Shown here piece by piece: positions 12,642-26,479 of a stretch of DNA of 64,000 bases. Position numbers and translations under genes: made by a program. Under the pieces are notes generated by a model. It worked only from the letters and a program-made list of their open reading frames with translations. It searched no databases and was not told where the DNA came from. This DNA is from Squalus acanthias (taxonomy: Eukaryota), in assembly GCA_030390025.1 (NCBI GenBank), contig CM059432.1, positions 43,774,001 through 43,838,000 of the forward strand. Reading direction: 5' to 3'. Within the stretch, counting starts at the first letter, position 1, and each line of letters opens with the position of its first letter.

Positions 12642-13257
12642 TAATGTAATGATGTGTAGCACTTTGAAATTTTGTCAGAATAAATGTAACAAATTTTTAG
12701 TGGCCACAATTCTCCTTATACTAAAGAACCTTTAAATGACTGAATTAAACTCTTGCACAATTGCAAACTGACAAGGAAGCAGTGAAAAAGCGCTAGCCTG
12801 ACAGCTGCGACTGATCCCTTTAAATATCGCTCCTGGAGCCGCCATCTGCCTGCTTCACACCTCCTCTTCCTGTCATTGTCGGGGTGAGTGTTAAGGCTGG
12901 GGGTGATAATCAATTTGGCAGATCAGGCGCTGGGTGAGCGTTGCACACTCACTGATGCCACGATCTGCCTGGTGCTAAAGCCCCAGGTGCTAACTGTTAG
13001 TGGCGGTGCTAAGGGGCGACTGAATTTGGCGTGCGGTGTTGGATTCGCCTCGCCCCGGCACTACTTCATTAGTGCCCCGTTAGCAGCCCCGCCAGGCTAA
13101 ACGGGAGGCACTAACCAACCAAATTTCTCCCCCAGAGTCTTTCTTCATCTATGTATTTCCTCATACCAGGCAGCATCCTAGTAAATCTGCATTGTTCCCA
13201 CTCTAAACCTCATTTTCTTCTTATAGTATAGTGCTCAATACTGCACATAATACTCTA

Positions 13258-13825
13258 TTGGTCCGACCTCAACTGGAGTATTGTGTCCAATTCTGGGCAC
13301 CGCACTTTAGGAAGGATGTGAAGGCCTTAGAGAGGGTGCAGAAGAGATTTACTAGAATGGTACCAGGGATGAGGGACTTTAGTTACGTGGATAGACTGGA
13401 GAAGCTGGGGTTGTTCTCCTTAGAGCAAAGAAGATTGAGAGATTTGATAGAAGTGTTCAAAATCATGAGGGGTCTAGACAGAGTAGATAGAGAGAAACTG
13501 TTCCCATTGGTGGAAGGGTCGAGAACCAGAGGACACAGATTGAAGGTGATTGGCAGAAGACCAAAGGCGACATGAGGAACAACTTTTTTACGCAGCGAGT
13601 GGTTAGGATCTGGAATTCACTGCCTGAAAGGATGGTGGAGGCAGACTCAATCATGGCTTTCAAAAGGGAATTGGATAAGTGCCTGAAGGAAAAAGATTTG
13701 CAGGTCTACGGGGAAAGGGCAGAGGAGTGGGACTAGCTGAAGTGCTCTTGTAGAGAGCTGGCACAGGCTCGATGGGCTGAATGGCTGCCTTCTGTGCTGT
13801 AACCATTCTATGATTCTGATTCTAT
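13258..13825 (+). mobile_element. 5'-truncated CR1 (family B)
   Basis: LVRPQLEYCVQFWAP...; (ATTCTATG)-type tail; TCTATTG duplicated at the flanks. Confidence 0.9.
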
Positions 13826-14703
13826 TGAAGTCTTGTTAACATTTTATATTGGCTCCATATTACCTCTTGGCTCTTGTATTCTATACAGCTTGTGATAAAA
13901 CCCAGAATTCCATTACATTTTTTATGGCCTTATCAACATAGGTAGTGCCTTTAATGTCCTGTGAACCTGCACTCTCAAATCCTTCTGCTCTTCCACAGTA
14001 CTGAGCCTACTTCCATTCAGAGTATATTTACTGCTGTTTAGCCTCACAGTTATACTGATATTAAATTCCATCGGCCACTGTTTAGCCCATTTCCCCATCT
14101 TATCAATATTTTGTCGCAGCTTCCTTTGCTCAATTAAAGTATTAACTATGCTTCCTATTCTGGTACATCTGCAAATTTTGACACCACTCCCTCTAAGCCT
14201 ATACCAAAATCATTGATATACATAGTGAACAGAAGTGGCCCCAGTACTGAACCCTGTGGGACACCACTACTCACTTCCAAACACTCTGAAAAACTGCCCT
14301 TCACTGCTACTTTCTGTTTTCTTCCTTCTAACCAATTTTTAATTCAATTTGCTATCCCCCTCCCTAATTCCATATCTCTTAATCTTCTCTAGTAATCTCC
14401 CATATGGAACTGTTTCAAAGGCTTTCCTAAAGTCCATGTACACTGCATCCATTGCATGTCTCCCATTTACTATGTCTGTTACCTACTCAAAAAAATTGAT
14501 GAAGCTTGTCAAACCTAATCTTCTCTTTTGAAATCTGTACTGGCTACCTCACCTATTTTCTCTTTATCTAGATATTTGGTCATTTCATCCTTAATCAGAG
14601 ACTCAAAAATATTCCCTACCACAGATGTTAAACTAATTGGCTTGTAATTATCTGGGTTAGCTCCAGCTCCCTTTTAAAAATGCTTGCTATATTGGCCACT
14701 CTC

Positions 14704-14799
14704 CAATCCTCCACTCAATGGAGCCCTGAAATATAAATTCTAGAGCCTCGGCAATCCTCCACTCATTAGAGCCCTGAAATATAAATTCTAGAGCCTCGG
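14704..14799. repeat. 48-bp tandem duplication at a deletion junction in the old CR1
   Basis: CAATCCTCCACTCA..GAGCCCTGAAATATAAATTCTAGAGCCTCGG twice. Confidence 0.9.
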
Positions 14800-16707
14800 C
14801 AATTCCTGCATTTCTACAGCATATTTTCTTTCTTTTATCAATATTGCCACTCCACCTCCTTTCTTATCTTTTCTATCTCTCCTAATTATGTCCTGATATG
14901 TTTATTTTCCATTCTTAGCCAGTTTGCAGCCAGGTTTCTGCTAATGCTGTTAAGTCTAGATCTTCCTGTAAAATAACTGCTTCCAGTTCCCCCAGTTTAT
15001 TTCCAACATTGCAATATTTGCATTTTAACATTTTGATTTGCTTTCTTTAACACTACTCCTTTTCCCATGATTTGTTTGTTTAAGCTACCTCCAATTTTAC
15101 TTCAGTCTTTTCCCATTCATAACTAGTCCATTTAATTTTAATCCTGTGCTCCATATCTGTCTTACTAAATTGTTTTCTGCATGAATGATTTGCTCATTCA
15201 TTTCTCCCTTCACCATTAGCTGATTCTGATTGCTTTTATTTTCCCAGCATCCCCCCACTCCCTTCTTAGTTTAAATACCTCATCACTTCACTATTTTACT
15301 AGTATATTAGCACCCTCTGTGATCTGATGTAGGCCATCCTTGCAGAATAACTTTCATCTGTCCCAGAAGTGGTGCCAATGCACAACAAAGTAGAATCCTT
15401 CTTCCCTGACACCATATCTTCAATTATTTACAATTAGATCATTTACAGAAGCAAAGATATAGACAGCTAAGCAAAGATATGGGCAGATAAGGGCCAATTT
15501 TAAGACTGCATGCCCCCAGGAAATCACAGGCGTGATGCCCATGATTTTTCATCCATTTTCTGCACTCGTATAATTGATCCTGTCCTATAAGGAACAAGTT
15601 GTACAGTACAAAATTTACAAATGAGAAAGACTGCTTAAAAAGTCTGTTGTTTTCCCAGCTCCTTCTGACACAGGCCTAAAAGAATGTTAGTCTATTCTGT
15701 ATTACATAAGCCACTGTACACAAAGTTCAATGATCTAAACTTATATTAACCACTGCCAAAGTTAAAAAATGGCCATTGTGCCTACCATTTATACATTTGA
15801 TTCCATCGATGTGAGTGCAATTCCTTTAAGAAGTATAGCAAACAAAATCTTAACAGTATTAACTTGATAGGACACAATGGGATAATCTTTTATGTTATTC
15901 GTATCCCTCTGCAGTTTCCCTTCATCACAAGCGGCCCTGTTTTATTATATGAAAATAACGCAGACTTTCGTCATGTTTCTCTGAGATTAAATTACAAAAT
16001 TACAGGGAATATTTGCTGAGGCAGTGAAAATAAGAAAGTAGGAACATCTAAAAGAATACAATGGTCTAACTTTCAGTGTGGGCTGAATAACTAACATTTT
16101 GGAGATTTTCCATAACATGTTAAACACACTGAGCCCAATTTTACATTGGCTTTCTGCCTCATTTGAAGCTGATCTGGGGCAAGTGGGGGATGGAAATCAT
16201 CCAGGGAGCCATTCCGCTAGCTTCCACCCATTGCCCTCATTTCCAAGATTTTGGCTCCAGGACTGATGGTGGATATTGCATATGTCTGTCCCAATTATGA
16301 TGGAGTAACATCAAATGTCACGTTTTCCATCAGTACCACTATAGCAATGCTGGACACAAGGAGCACCAGCATGTTCCTGGCTTTTAGCATCGCTGTGGCA
16401 TGTGGAAGGGGAATCTAAATTGTAAATAGTCCCATTGAGGAATGCAATCAAATGCATGCGCTCTGCAACCCTGTGATTCTTTAAAAAAAAAATTGGCATC
16501 CTGTCCAGCTGCTGCAAAGGCAGCCACCCACTCCATGGCCAAGGCCTGCAGCAGCCATTTTTCTCCCTCTCTGAGGTGGGCCACCTAGCGCAGATGAGAT
16601 CCTGCTTAAAACCTGCCAAGATTACTCAAAGTAGTCTGACTCTGAAACCTTCTCCAGCACCAGCAGTTGCCAAGTCCAGTGGGCACAAAGCCTACCCTAC
16701 TGACTTT

Positions 16708-16917
16708 ATAACAACAGAAAACGCTGGAAAAACTCAGCAGGCCAGGCAGCATCCGTGGAGAGAGAAACAGAGTTAACGTTTCAGGTCGAAGACCTTTCGT
16801 CTTCGACCTGAAACGTTAACTCTGTTTCTCGCTCCACAGATGTTGCCTGGCCTGCTGAGTTTTTCCAACGTTTTCTGTTGTTATTTCGGATTTCCAGCAT
16901 CCGCAGTATTTTGCTAT
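16708..16917. mobile_element. Penelope pseudo-LTR fold-back (about 86-bp arms, 5-nt loop) with a 14-bp TSD
   Basis: Arms 16708-16793 and 16799-16884 match the Penelope terminus at 26856-26923; CCTACTGACTTTAT at 16696-16709 and 16918-16931. Confidence 0.88.
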
Positions 16918-17027
16918 CCTACTGACTTTATGTTGGGTTTTCACTCAAGAGAAAAAGCCTGACTACTGTCCCCAGTCAAGTGAGTGAAATCGAGTTTAGA
17001 GCTGTGTATATAGATATATATATATCT

Positions 17028-17125
17028 TACTGCACTTCAACAGTATTTCTATGGTTGTAAAGCGCTTTGGGGCATTCTGAGGTTGTGAAAGGCACTATAT
17101 AAATACAAGTCTTTCTTTTTTTCTT
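17028..17125 (+). mobile_element. 3' tail of a Deu-domain SINE or L2-type element
   Basis: GTAAAGCGCTTTGGG...GTGAAAGGCACTATATAAATACAAGTCTTTC tail, recognised from memory. Confidence 0.6.
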
Positions 17126-19649
17126 TACCTTATTAAAAATATTCCATAAGGCATGTACTAATGTAACCTGCTATGCTAACATTTCCAATCGGGTTTTCAA
17201 TGTTAATCTGTCAACGCTTAACTGTCATATTTATTTGTTACACTTCCTTGTAATGCCACTAATTGGGGGAAGGGGGAGGCAGTCTAATGGATGTTCCAAT
17301 GTTAACACTGATTGGTTACAATTACTTGTTACACCATTAGGTGGCAGTGTATTATCTATTCTCCACAAATCAATCAAAAAGCTTTCTGAAAAATTGTCTG
17401 CTTTTTACTCTCAATAACCAAAGTTTATAAGATTACATATTTTACTACATGATTAAATTAATCCATTCAATTGTCTTTTGTGTCTTTAATCTCTTCATGC
17501 CACTGTCAGTCACTAATGACTTTCAAAAAGGGATCTCAAATAGACGTTAGGCGCCCAATTTGCAAAGGACATAACACCAGTTTCAGGCAGGCACTTTGGA
17601 TGACTACAGGGCGCTTTATCCAATATGGTATATTGCACATTTCCAGTGCAGAATGAGCCAGGGCACACACTGTATTGGGTCTCATCAGAAAAATGGGCAA
17701 TTGCAAAATCGAATTTCTAAGTCAGTATCTTTCCTCATCCTAATTTGAGATCATTTTTTAATAAAAGTTGATTAACTGATTATCACCTATGTTTTGTTGG
17801 CTGTTAAATAATGTACAATTCTAATTAATATCTGTTTATGAGAGGGAGACCAATATATAGACGTGCATAGTAACTTTCCTCATTCTAACTTGAAATCTAT
17901 TTAAGCAAAAATAAAGTTACATTCTGAAAGCAAACCAAGTGTCTTTGAGAGAAATGGATAGGGAGGAAGGAAGCAGGTTAAAAGTGAGGGTAAGGGAGCC
18001 TCTGGCCTCTCACCGCCTGCTCTCAGTGGAAATGAGGGGGTAGTGGATAGAGGATTAAGTGTGAGGTAAGTTATGGTGAGGGGAAGGCACAATGGGAGCA
18101 GAGGTTGGGGGGAACATGAGTGACAAAGAAGAAGATAAGAAGGGAGACACTAAGGCCTGTGGGTTACATTTTTCCTGCAACTCAACTGGCAAATGCAGCC
18201 TTCTGCCCTCAATAACTTTTTTCCCCAGTACACTAATCTATTGCACCCACCACCACTCATCCAAAAGGTAAGATGAAAAGGAAAGGACACAGAGATGCAA
18301 AAGAGAACAGAGGCAGAAAAAGAGAGGCAGAGAAAGAGCAACATAAAAGCATAATTTTGTGAAATTTATCTGAAAAAATTATGTATTTCTGAGGCATATG
18401 CTAGAAATGGTTATGATTCACTGCATGTCTGTATTTTCAGAACATAGCAACATTTTCTATTTGCAAACTTCACCCTCTTTCCAACTGATAGAAAATGGAT
18501 GACAGCACAAATACAGCAAACCATTTTTAGGGCTTAAAGGTAAAAATATTTGCAGTATTAAACTCATGGAAACTTTCCTATATTGTAACCATGCATGGAT
18601 GCTATATATAAACCCTTAATACTGTTTACATGTGGACAGATTAACCTTCCATATCTTCATGGACAGATAATTCTACTCTGAGATAGCATTCACTACAAAT
18701 TTCTGGTTTTGTTGCATATTATTGAAATGAGACGTTGCTTGAGTTGCAACACAATTACTTAGTGCAACAGATTGTGTTGCTTCTGGTGACTCCATGTCAT
18801 TACCTGTGGATATATACATTGGATATATACATCGTCTTGTCTACAGGTCACAACTCCCAGGGTTATGGAATATCAGCAGAGATTATAGTAGTCGGCAGCT
18901 GTCAAGAACTGATATGTGCAATGTTTTCAAATGCTGTCTGGTCCCACTTTTTACTTTGTACCATTGGGTTTCTGCCTGCAACTGGACAATATCTGGTATC
19001 TATTTCTGAATGCCACAGGAGTCTCAACCTAACACTGGTTGTCTAAGTTGTACTTGACATACAGCAAGCCCTTGTGAATTATTGTTTCTGCTGCTTTTTT
19101 GTTTAAGGTATTAAAGTGCAAATTCCAGCCCAAAAATACCATTTCCATTTATAGCAGTTCAGTAGGTGCAATTTGTTTTGACATTATTGCATTGTGTGAC
19201 ATTTCGGAACTCGTCAGAATGAACTGTTGGACATTATTGCCTACAAGTTGTTCATTCTTGGACAATGTAGTCTATATCCCGATCATCCTCAGATCTTCTG
19301 TTTAACTTTGCCTTAAGGCTTAATTCACAGCAGTTCATCAAATAGATTCTTGCACAATTTGATGGGAATCAGAACCTCAATTTCCCCACATAAAACATCT
19401 TGATAAGAAAGTCAGTTCATCCTGTTGATTAGAATGGGGCTGTGGCAAGTGTTTCAAACCACAACAAGCGCAAGATGTCTACTACATCATAGTGATTCGT
19501 CTTAGTTTACAGTGGTATTCACAACAAGCAGTCTGCCTTGAAATACGTCTTGGTACTCTTATATTCAATATAATATGGATGTTCCATTGAAAAACAAGGC
19601 ATGTCATCAGCAGGATTCACATTGTTAGTTGATAAATAACAGAAATATT

Positions 19650-20696
19650 GGGCCAGAATTTGCTGTCAAAATAACAAGGCTAATGGTGCTCGCTGTTATT
19701 TAAGGGTAAATGGTACAGCAACTTCAGGCTTGGAGCAGATGTATGATTAAATATGAATATCCAAAAATTGCTGTCCGGGTTGTGCCGCTCCGCTGTTAGC
19801 TTCATGAAAATGGACTCTCACCCTTAGCCTCCCCAGTTTTTTAGGAACTTGCTGTATTTGCCCATTAAACGCACCACAGAAAGTTAAGTCTTGTCATTAC
19901 AAGCGGAAGTACCATTTTAACGATGTGATAAGTGTTAATTACTGCCAATCAACCTCTCTGACACTGAAAATTAAGTAGTATGAGTGTGGGGTCTCATTCC
20001 TTCAGGTTTTTAATTTTTCAGGGAGATTTTAAGGATGTCGCGGTGGCATAGTGGTTAGCACTGTTGCCTCACAGTGCCAGGGACCTGGGTTCGAATCCGG
20101 CCTCGGGTGACTGTCTGTGTGGAGTTTGCACATTCTCCCCATGTCTGCGTGGTCTGGTTTCCTCCCACAGTCCAAAGATGTGTTGATTTGGCTATGATAA
20201 ATTGACCCTTAGTGTTAGGGGGATTAAATATGTGGGGTTACGGGGATAGGGTGGGATATGTGTCAGTGCAGGCTCGATGGGCCTGAAATGGCCTCTATCT
20301 GCACTGTGGGGATTCTGTGATGTCAAATTTTAAATAATTTCTTTTCTTACTTTTCCTTTCTTTCTCTTTTCTCTCTCTCAATCCGATCCTTCTTTCCCTC
20401 TCTTTATTTCTCTTTCTGTACCCAATTTGACATTGAATTCACCCATTCTAATTCACCCTCCTTCTCAGTCCTTCCTGTGTTTATTTTGAAATCCTTAAAT
20501 CTCATTGGTTAAGGAGATATCCTGTTGGTTGCCCTGTTCACTCAGGTCCCAGATGCCCTGTTTCCTTCACTTTGCTGTTACCAGCTCATACTTTCAGTAA
20601 CTTTGTGGGCAGAAATGTTTTGAGCTGAAGGATGCAGGGGCAAGTCTAACTAATGGCAGATGCCGTTATATGCCATGCTACAGCAAATCCTGGCCC
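19650..20696. mobile_element. Non-autonomous Harbinger-like element (MITE family A)
   Basis: TIR GGGCCAGAATTTGCTG / CAGCAAATCCTGGCCC, ATT TSD; homologous to 47442-56297. Confidence 0.88.
20040..20318 (+). mobile_element. V-SINE (HE1-like) inside MITE A
   Basis: tRNA-like A/B boxes (TGGCATAGTGG, GTTCGAATCC), V-domain TGTGTGGAGTTTGCACATTCTCCCC, CR1-like tail, GATGTC at both flanks. Confidence 0.9.
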
Positions 20697-21845
20697 ATTG
20701 ATGATTTGCATCAAAGATAAATTTACAACTGTGCAGGTATGTGTGAAAGTAAATGACATTTTGCTGTTATTTCAAAGAGTTGGTTGAGTAGATGAAATGC
20801 AGTTGCTAGGTCTGACAGGAATCAATGATATTAATTTATTCATTTAAACTTGGATAAGACTCTGTGGCTTGAGGCATTTTGTGCTTTTTAGGCTCGTTTT
20901 CTATTGCCATTTGCAAGTAACTTTGTTATATTTGTAAAAATGTTGTCAAATTCGAGGAAGTAGGCACCTATCAGCATGCAATGCAAGGCTAACAGAGATT
21001 TTGGCACACTCAGATTTAGGATGCACCATTGGATTTGAGCATAGAAATGATTGTGGTGGCCCATTCACTCTGCTATTCTGTCCACGCTTTCCTAGTTTAG
21101 TTATCATGTTGGGAAACAAGGTATATCACATTAGGTTTGGACAATATAATTTAAAGTCTATATTTTCCTATAGCATAAGTATTGCTTTTATTCCTAATTT
21201 TACTCTTGGAATATATATTTTTGTATTCCTGCAGCATGGTAATCAACTGTTTTCTCTGCAGATGTAGTCAACTGGAATGTCTTGATATCACTCCAATCCA
21301 CACACAGTTGTTGCATGCCACTCCTGCCAAACAGTGCTCAACTTTTTAACCACAAATTGCTTTTGTTGTTTGCTCAGCTGGACACTTACAGTTTTCGTAA
21401 CAAGGGAACCATCTCACTCCCTTCATGTGTCTGATGTTTTTAGCAACTTCAAGTGATTTAGATAAACCTAGTAGTTAGCCTATGGTAGTACTGACACATC
21501 TGATCCAATGTTGACTTCCATGCATGTTCATCTTCCACTTAGATTATAACACAGATGACATTTATGTTGGGCTTTTGACAGTAAACTTTCACACATGCTA
21601 TCATTGTTTTCATTGCTGTTTTCTTTCTATCTCAAAATTATTCAACTCCCTTTTCCTGTGTTGTTCAGTTGGTGTACTTAAGCATTTAGTTTACTGATGG
21701 GTCTCTCCTTTTGTAACACACTAATTTCTGAAATGGCAATCATTTGGACTATGCCTACTTCATACGTATCGCACTTTAACTGTCTGGAATTTTCTGTACA
21801 AAGAAGGTAGTTTTTCTTTAAAAAGTCATGCTCAAGATGTGTGTG

Positions 21846-23540
21846 CCACTGACCAGGCCTATCCCTAGTTGCCCTTGAGAAGGTGGTGGTGGGCCATCTT
21901 CTTCAACCGCTGCAGTCCATGCAGTGAAGGTACTCCCACAGTGCTGTTACATAGGGAGTTCCAGGATTTTAACCCAACAACAATGAAGGAACAGCAATGT
22001 ATGTCCAAGTAACTTGGAGGGGAAAGTTGATGTGATGTGCACCTGCTGCCCTTGTCCTTCTAGATGGTCATGGTCATGGGTTTGGGAGGTAGTGTGTAAT
22101 CATCAGCGAACAACCCTACTTCTGACCTTATGATGGAGGGAAGGTCATTGATGAAGCAGCTGAAGATAGTTGGGCCGAAGATGCTGCACTGAGAAACACC
22201 TGCAGCAATTTCCTGGGGTTAAGGTGATTGGCCTCTACCAACCACAGCCATCTTCCTTTGTGCCAGGTATGACTCCTGCCATTGGAGAGTATTTCTTCTG
22301 ATGCCCAGTGACTTCAGTTTTACTCGGACTCATTGGTGCCACATTTGGTCAAATGCTACCTTTAATCAGAGCACTGCACCCCCCCCCCCCGACAGGGGGT
22401 CAGACCCCCACCCCCATCCGGGGGGGATCACACCCCCCTGGGGCCTGGAACACGCCCCCAAGATCGCAACTCGGCCCCAGGGTCGGGGATCGGAACCTCC
22501 CCGGGATCACGACTCAGCCCCGTGGTTGGGGATCGGACCCCCTCCCCCCCACCATCCTGGGCCCAGAACTTACCTTGTCCTGCAGCCTCCTTCTCCGAGT
22601 TCCCTGCATGACTGGAAGCCAGCCTGTCAATCAGGCTGACTTCCGGGCGGGGAACCCACCCCTGACGTCACACGCACGCTGTGGAGTTAAAACTGCACAG
22701 CGTGCCAGGAAACCCTAATCCCGGTTTCCCGCCATCTCCTGAGTCCCCTCGCACTGTGCGGGTGAGACCCAGCAAAATCCAGCCCCTGGTCTCTACAAAG
22801 ACTACCAATTCTGTCATGGGCAGATGCAGCTGCAACAGATAGATTGGTGAGGACAAGGTCAAGTAGGTTATTCCTTGGTGTTGGTTCTCTCTCTACCTGC
22901 TGCAACCCAGTCTGGCAACTATGACCTTCAAGGCTAGGCCTGCTCAGTCAATGGTGTTACTACCCAATCACTCTTGATGATAGACAGTGAAGCCCACCAC
23001 CCAGAGTACATTCTATGCCCTTGCTATCCTTAGTGCTTACTCCAAGTGGTGTTCAACATGGAGGAGTATTGATTCATCAGCTGAGGGAATGCGCTAGGTG
23101 GTATTCAGCAGGAGCTTTCCTTGTCCATGTTTGACCTATAGCCATGAGACTACATGGGGTCCACAGTTAATGTTGAAGACTCGTAGCGCCACTCCTATCA
23201 ACTGTATACAACTGTGTCCCTACCACTGGTGGGTCTGTCCGGCCGGTGGGACAGGACATACCCAGGGATGGTGATGGAGGAGTCTGGGAGATTGGCTGTA
23301 AGATATCATTCTGTAAGTATTACTATGTCAGTTTGTTGCTTGACTAATCTGTGGAACAGCTCTCCCAACTTTGGCACCCAGGTGTTAATGAGGGGAATTT
23401 TGCAGGGGCGACTGGCTTGGGTGTGCCTTTGTTGTGACCTGTTTCGATGGCTAGGTTGCAGCTGAGTCGTCCGTCCAGGTTCATTCTTGTTTTTCTTTCT
23501 ACAACTTTTTCTCAGTGGCTTGCTAGGCCACTTTATAGGT
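21846..23540 (-). mobile_element. Degenerate, internally deleted LINE (same family as 9604-9960); ends approximate
   Basis: 21846-22100 is the reverse complement of the 9604-9960 tail; endonuclease remnants (EPT..NNLLDLVLTN, GYVLSHR.DR). Confidence 0.75.
22361..22785. mobile_element. Partial Harbinger MITE (one TIR) within the LINE
   Basis: Ends in AAAATCCAGCCC; GC-rich block foreign to the LINE; other TIR missing. Confidence 0.6.
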
Positions 23541-24974
23541 TCACTTTTACTGGTGCCAGATTTTTATTTCCAGATTTTTTAGAAACTGAATTCAAATTTG
23601 CAAACTGCCATGGTGCGATTTGAATTTAGGTTCCCTAGATTATTAGCCCAGGCCTCTGGATTACTCGTCAAGTACTATATCTGTTGGAGCCACAAAATTA
23701 CACAGCATCTTTAGCTATTTCTCTGAACAATCGCTTTAGTGAAGGTACGGTTTGCTTCAGATACTGATCCTTTTTCGATGCTTTCCGATTGCAAACTACA
23801 GACTAGAAGAGTAAAAGTAAACCGATGGCACGCAAGACCAAAGTGGTACGTATGACCAATTCTAGATGTACATGGAGGCATAATTCCAAATAAAAAATAA
23901 AAAAGAAAGCAAAAAAATGTTGATTGCGCCTACAATATTCAATGGCAACCTGGGATTTTTCTGCATCAGAGAGTAAATTTTACAAATGCGTTCTTCTGTT
24001 GTGGAACCTTGTCTACCTGGAGCACATATTGGGAAAGTACAGGCATTCTCCACACAATTTTCTATCCATTATAATTTACCCTTCGATATTAGGCAACACC
24101 AGAACATGAATATGTGCTGAATGCTTCAACCCGCAACAACACATTCCTCCACAGCTGACACCACATGAGTTGTTTGGAATGGGTTGCAATGCAAATGACA
24201 TTCAGCAGAAATAAGAAACAAAAGCTTGACACAAGTGCTGAATGTAATAACAGTTCCAAGAGTGCTGGGCAAAGAAGTTCAGCTTAACTGACCCCAATGT
24301 CAAAGCTTTGTGTGCACTCTATTTCATCAGTTCTGTTTCTAGAACTTCCAGTGTATTTTGAAACATATGATAAAAAGAAAGAGAATTTAGCACAGAACCT
24401 CCAGAAATATCAAGGCCAGTTTAATAGATTCAGCATGTGCCTGAAGAAACCAAATAAACTCCAAAAAGTTACATTGCAAAGCATAGTTAGCCTATTTCGG
24501 ATGGTGAACTTATCAAGAGTGTTATACTGATTATTACTGACACCTGAATGAGAAATTTCCAATCAAGAAAATTGCGTCTGTAAAATGGGCAATCCCAACT
24601 GGAAAATTGGGCAGGGATCTGTTACATGCCCAATGTTGGGGAGACAGGTAAGACTGTTATTTGAAGCACAGCATTAATCGACAGGAGCTTCATTTAGGTA
24701 TTCAAATTGGGAACACTGACATCCTGACATTCCAGCATGCAGGATGTTGTTTTTAAATAACCTCCATGTGAAAATGGGCTTCCAGGATTGCTTGGTGATG
24801 ATCAGAGTACAGAAGTCATAGAAAGGATGCAATGGGAGTAAAGTTTGTCACCATCTTTGACGTATTTCTGGTGCATAATTGGGGCAAGTACATTTTTGTG
24901 GCAGGAAAATCGGGCAAAAGCTCTTTCTGCCAATTTTCTGCCATAAAATAGGCAAAGAATATAAGAGCAGGGAA

Positions 24975-25270
24975 GGGCAACACGGTGGCATAGTGGTTAG
25001 CACTGTTGCCTCACAGCGCCAGGGACCCGGGTTCGAATCCGGCCCCAGGTGACTGTCTGTGTGGAGTTTGCACATTCTCCCCGTGTCTGCGTGGGTTTGC
25101 TCCGGTTTCCTCCCACAGTCCAAAGATGTGCGGGTTAGGTTGATTTGGCTATGATAAATTGACCCTTAGTGTTAAGGGGATTAAATATGTGGGGATAGGG
25201 TGGGATATGTGTCGGTGCAGGCTTGATGGGCCGAAATGGCCTCTATCTGCACTGTTGTGATTCTGTTATG
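24975..25270 (+). mobile_element. V-SINE (HE1-like), full length
   Basis: GGGCAACACGGTGGCATAGTGG head, B box, V-domain, tail stem-loop. Confidence 0.92.
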
Positions 25271-25289
25271 CTAGATGTATGAAATGCGA

Positions 25290-25818
25290 GTTCGGCCACA
25301 GCTAGAGTACTGCGTACAGTCCTGGTCACCACATTACAGGAAAGATGTGATTGCACTAGAGAGGGTACAAAGGAGATTTACGAGGATGTTGCCAGGACTG
25401 GAGAATTTTAGCTACGAGGAAAGATTGGTTAGGCTGAGGTTGTTTTCTTTGGAACAGAGAAGGCTGAGGAGAGATTTAATTGAGGTGTATAAAATTATGC
25501 GGGGTCCAGATAGAGTGGATAGGAAGAACCTATATCCCTTAGCAGAGAGGTCAATAACCAGGGGGCATAGATTTAAAGTAATTGGTAGGATTAGAGCAGA
25601 GTTCAGGAGAACATTTTTTACCCAGAGGGTGGTGTGGGTCTGGAATTCACTGCCTGAAAGGGTGGTAGGGGCAGAAACCCTCATCACAGTTAAAAAGTAC
25701 TTGGATATGCACTTGAAGTGTCATAACCTACAAGGCTACAGACTAAGATTTGGAAAGTGGGATTAGGCTAGATAGCTCTTTTTCGACCGGCGCAAGCACA
25801 ATGGGCCGAATGGCTTCC
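25290..25818 (+). mobile_element. 5'-truncated CR1 fragment
   Basis: VRPQLEYCVQSWSP...WNSLPE translation. Confidence 0.88.
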
Positions 25819-26479
25819 TGAAGGAATTCTCTGAAAATTGCTCCCCCTGAACTCCCGTGCACTGGCTGCTCAATTGCTCATTTCCCTTTCCTCCATCGTA
25901 CACTGCTTCTCCTACTCTTCCATTAAAATTGCATACAAGGGAATGCCCATTGGGAATCTTGGTACTTAGTACCTTACTGTGGGTGAGGGCAAAAAATTCC
26001 CAGCGGTCTCAGAGGCCCTCAAGTTATTAGAGGCAAGTCCAGCTCAATCCAGGTGCAAGACAAAAAAAAGGTTTAAAAGCTCTTCCCTAACTCCAGGAAT
26101 CTCTCTTGACAGTTTCTTCAGGCTGCAGTTTCCAAAGTATCAACTGATACTGACAACAGGTAAATCTTTTATTTTGTTCTAACTTATTCTTGGTGTAATG
26201 GGCGCACAAGTTTCAGGATTTGGTGACTCCAATGCCAATCCTCCTCATTTTTAATAAATGTCAATGGACTCCAAGCCACATGGTGTGTGCACACATGGAA
26301 GGATCCAAATTATGATGCAAACTACAGCACAGTCACTAGGGGTGGAACCCCAGCGGAAATAAGTTCTGCTCTACAACCAACCTACGAAAATGCCACTGCA
26401 TTAATTTTAAAGAAGAAAGCTGACAAAAACAACGAGTAAATTCAGGCCCTGGATATTTTTCAGAGAATCCTGAGGACCA

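Larger units (their letters stand above)
8715..13133. mobile_element. Two-gene PIF/Harbinger transposon H1 (decayed)
   Basis: TIRs GGGGGCAAAATT / AATTTCTCCCCC enclosing a Myb/SANT gene (+) and a DDE transposase (-). Confidence 0.92.
8307..15420 (-). mobile_element. Old, internally deleted CR1 LINE split by later insertions (pieces ~8307-8714, 13134-13257, 13826-15420)
   Basis: Reverse strand shows tail at ~8307, RT remnants ([10 protein letters not shown] at ~14240-14265, DFRKAFETV at ~14410-14435) and ORF1 esterase remnant (HWHHFWD...DGLH at ~15325-15400). Confidence 0.75.

Noticed and set aside
16131..16995. Old Harbinger MITE around the Penelope hairpin (similar hints at 15491-15580, 24540-26449, 30781-30855)
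   Set aside because: Ends too degenerate to define TIRs or TSDs
24975..25050. tRNA gene
   Set aside because: It is the tRNA-derived head of a V-SINE, followed by the V-domain and tail
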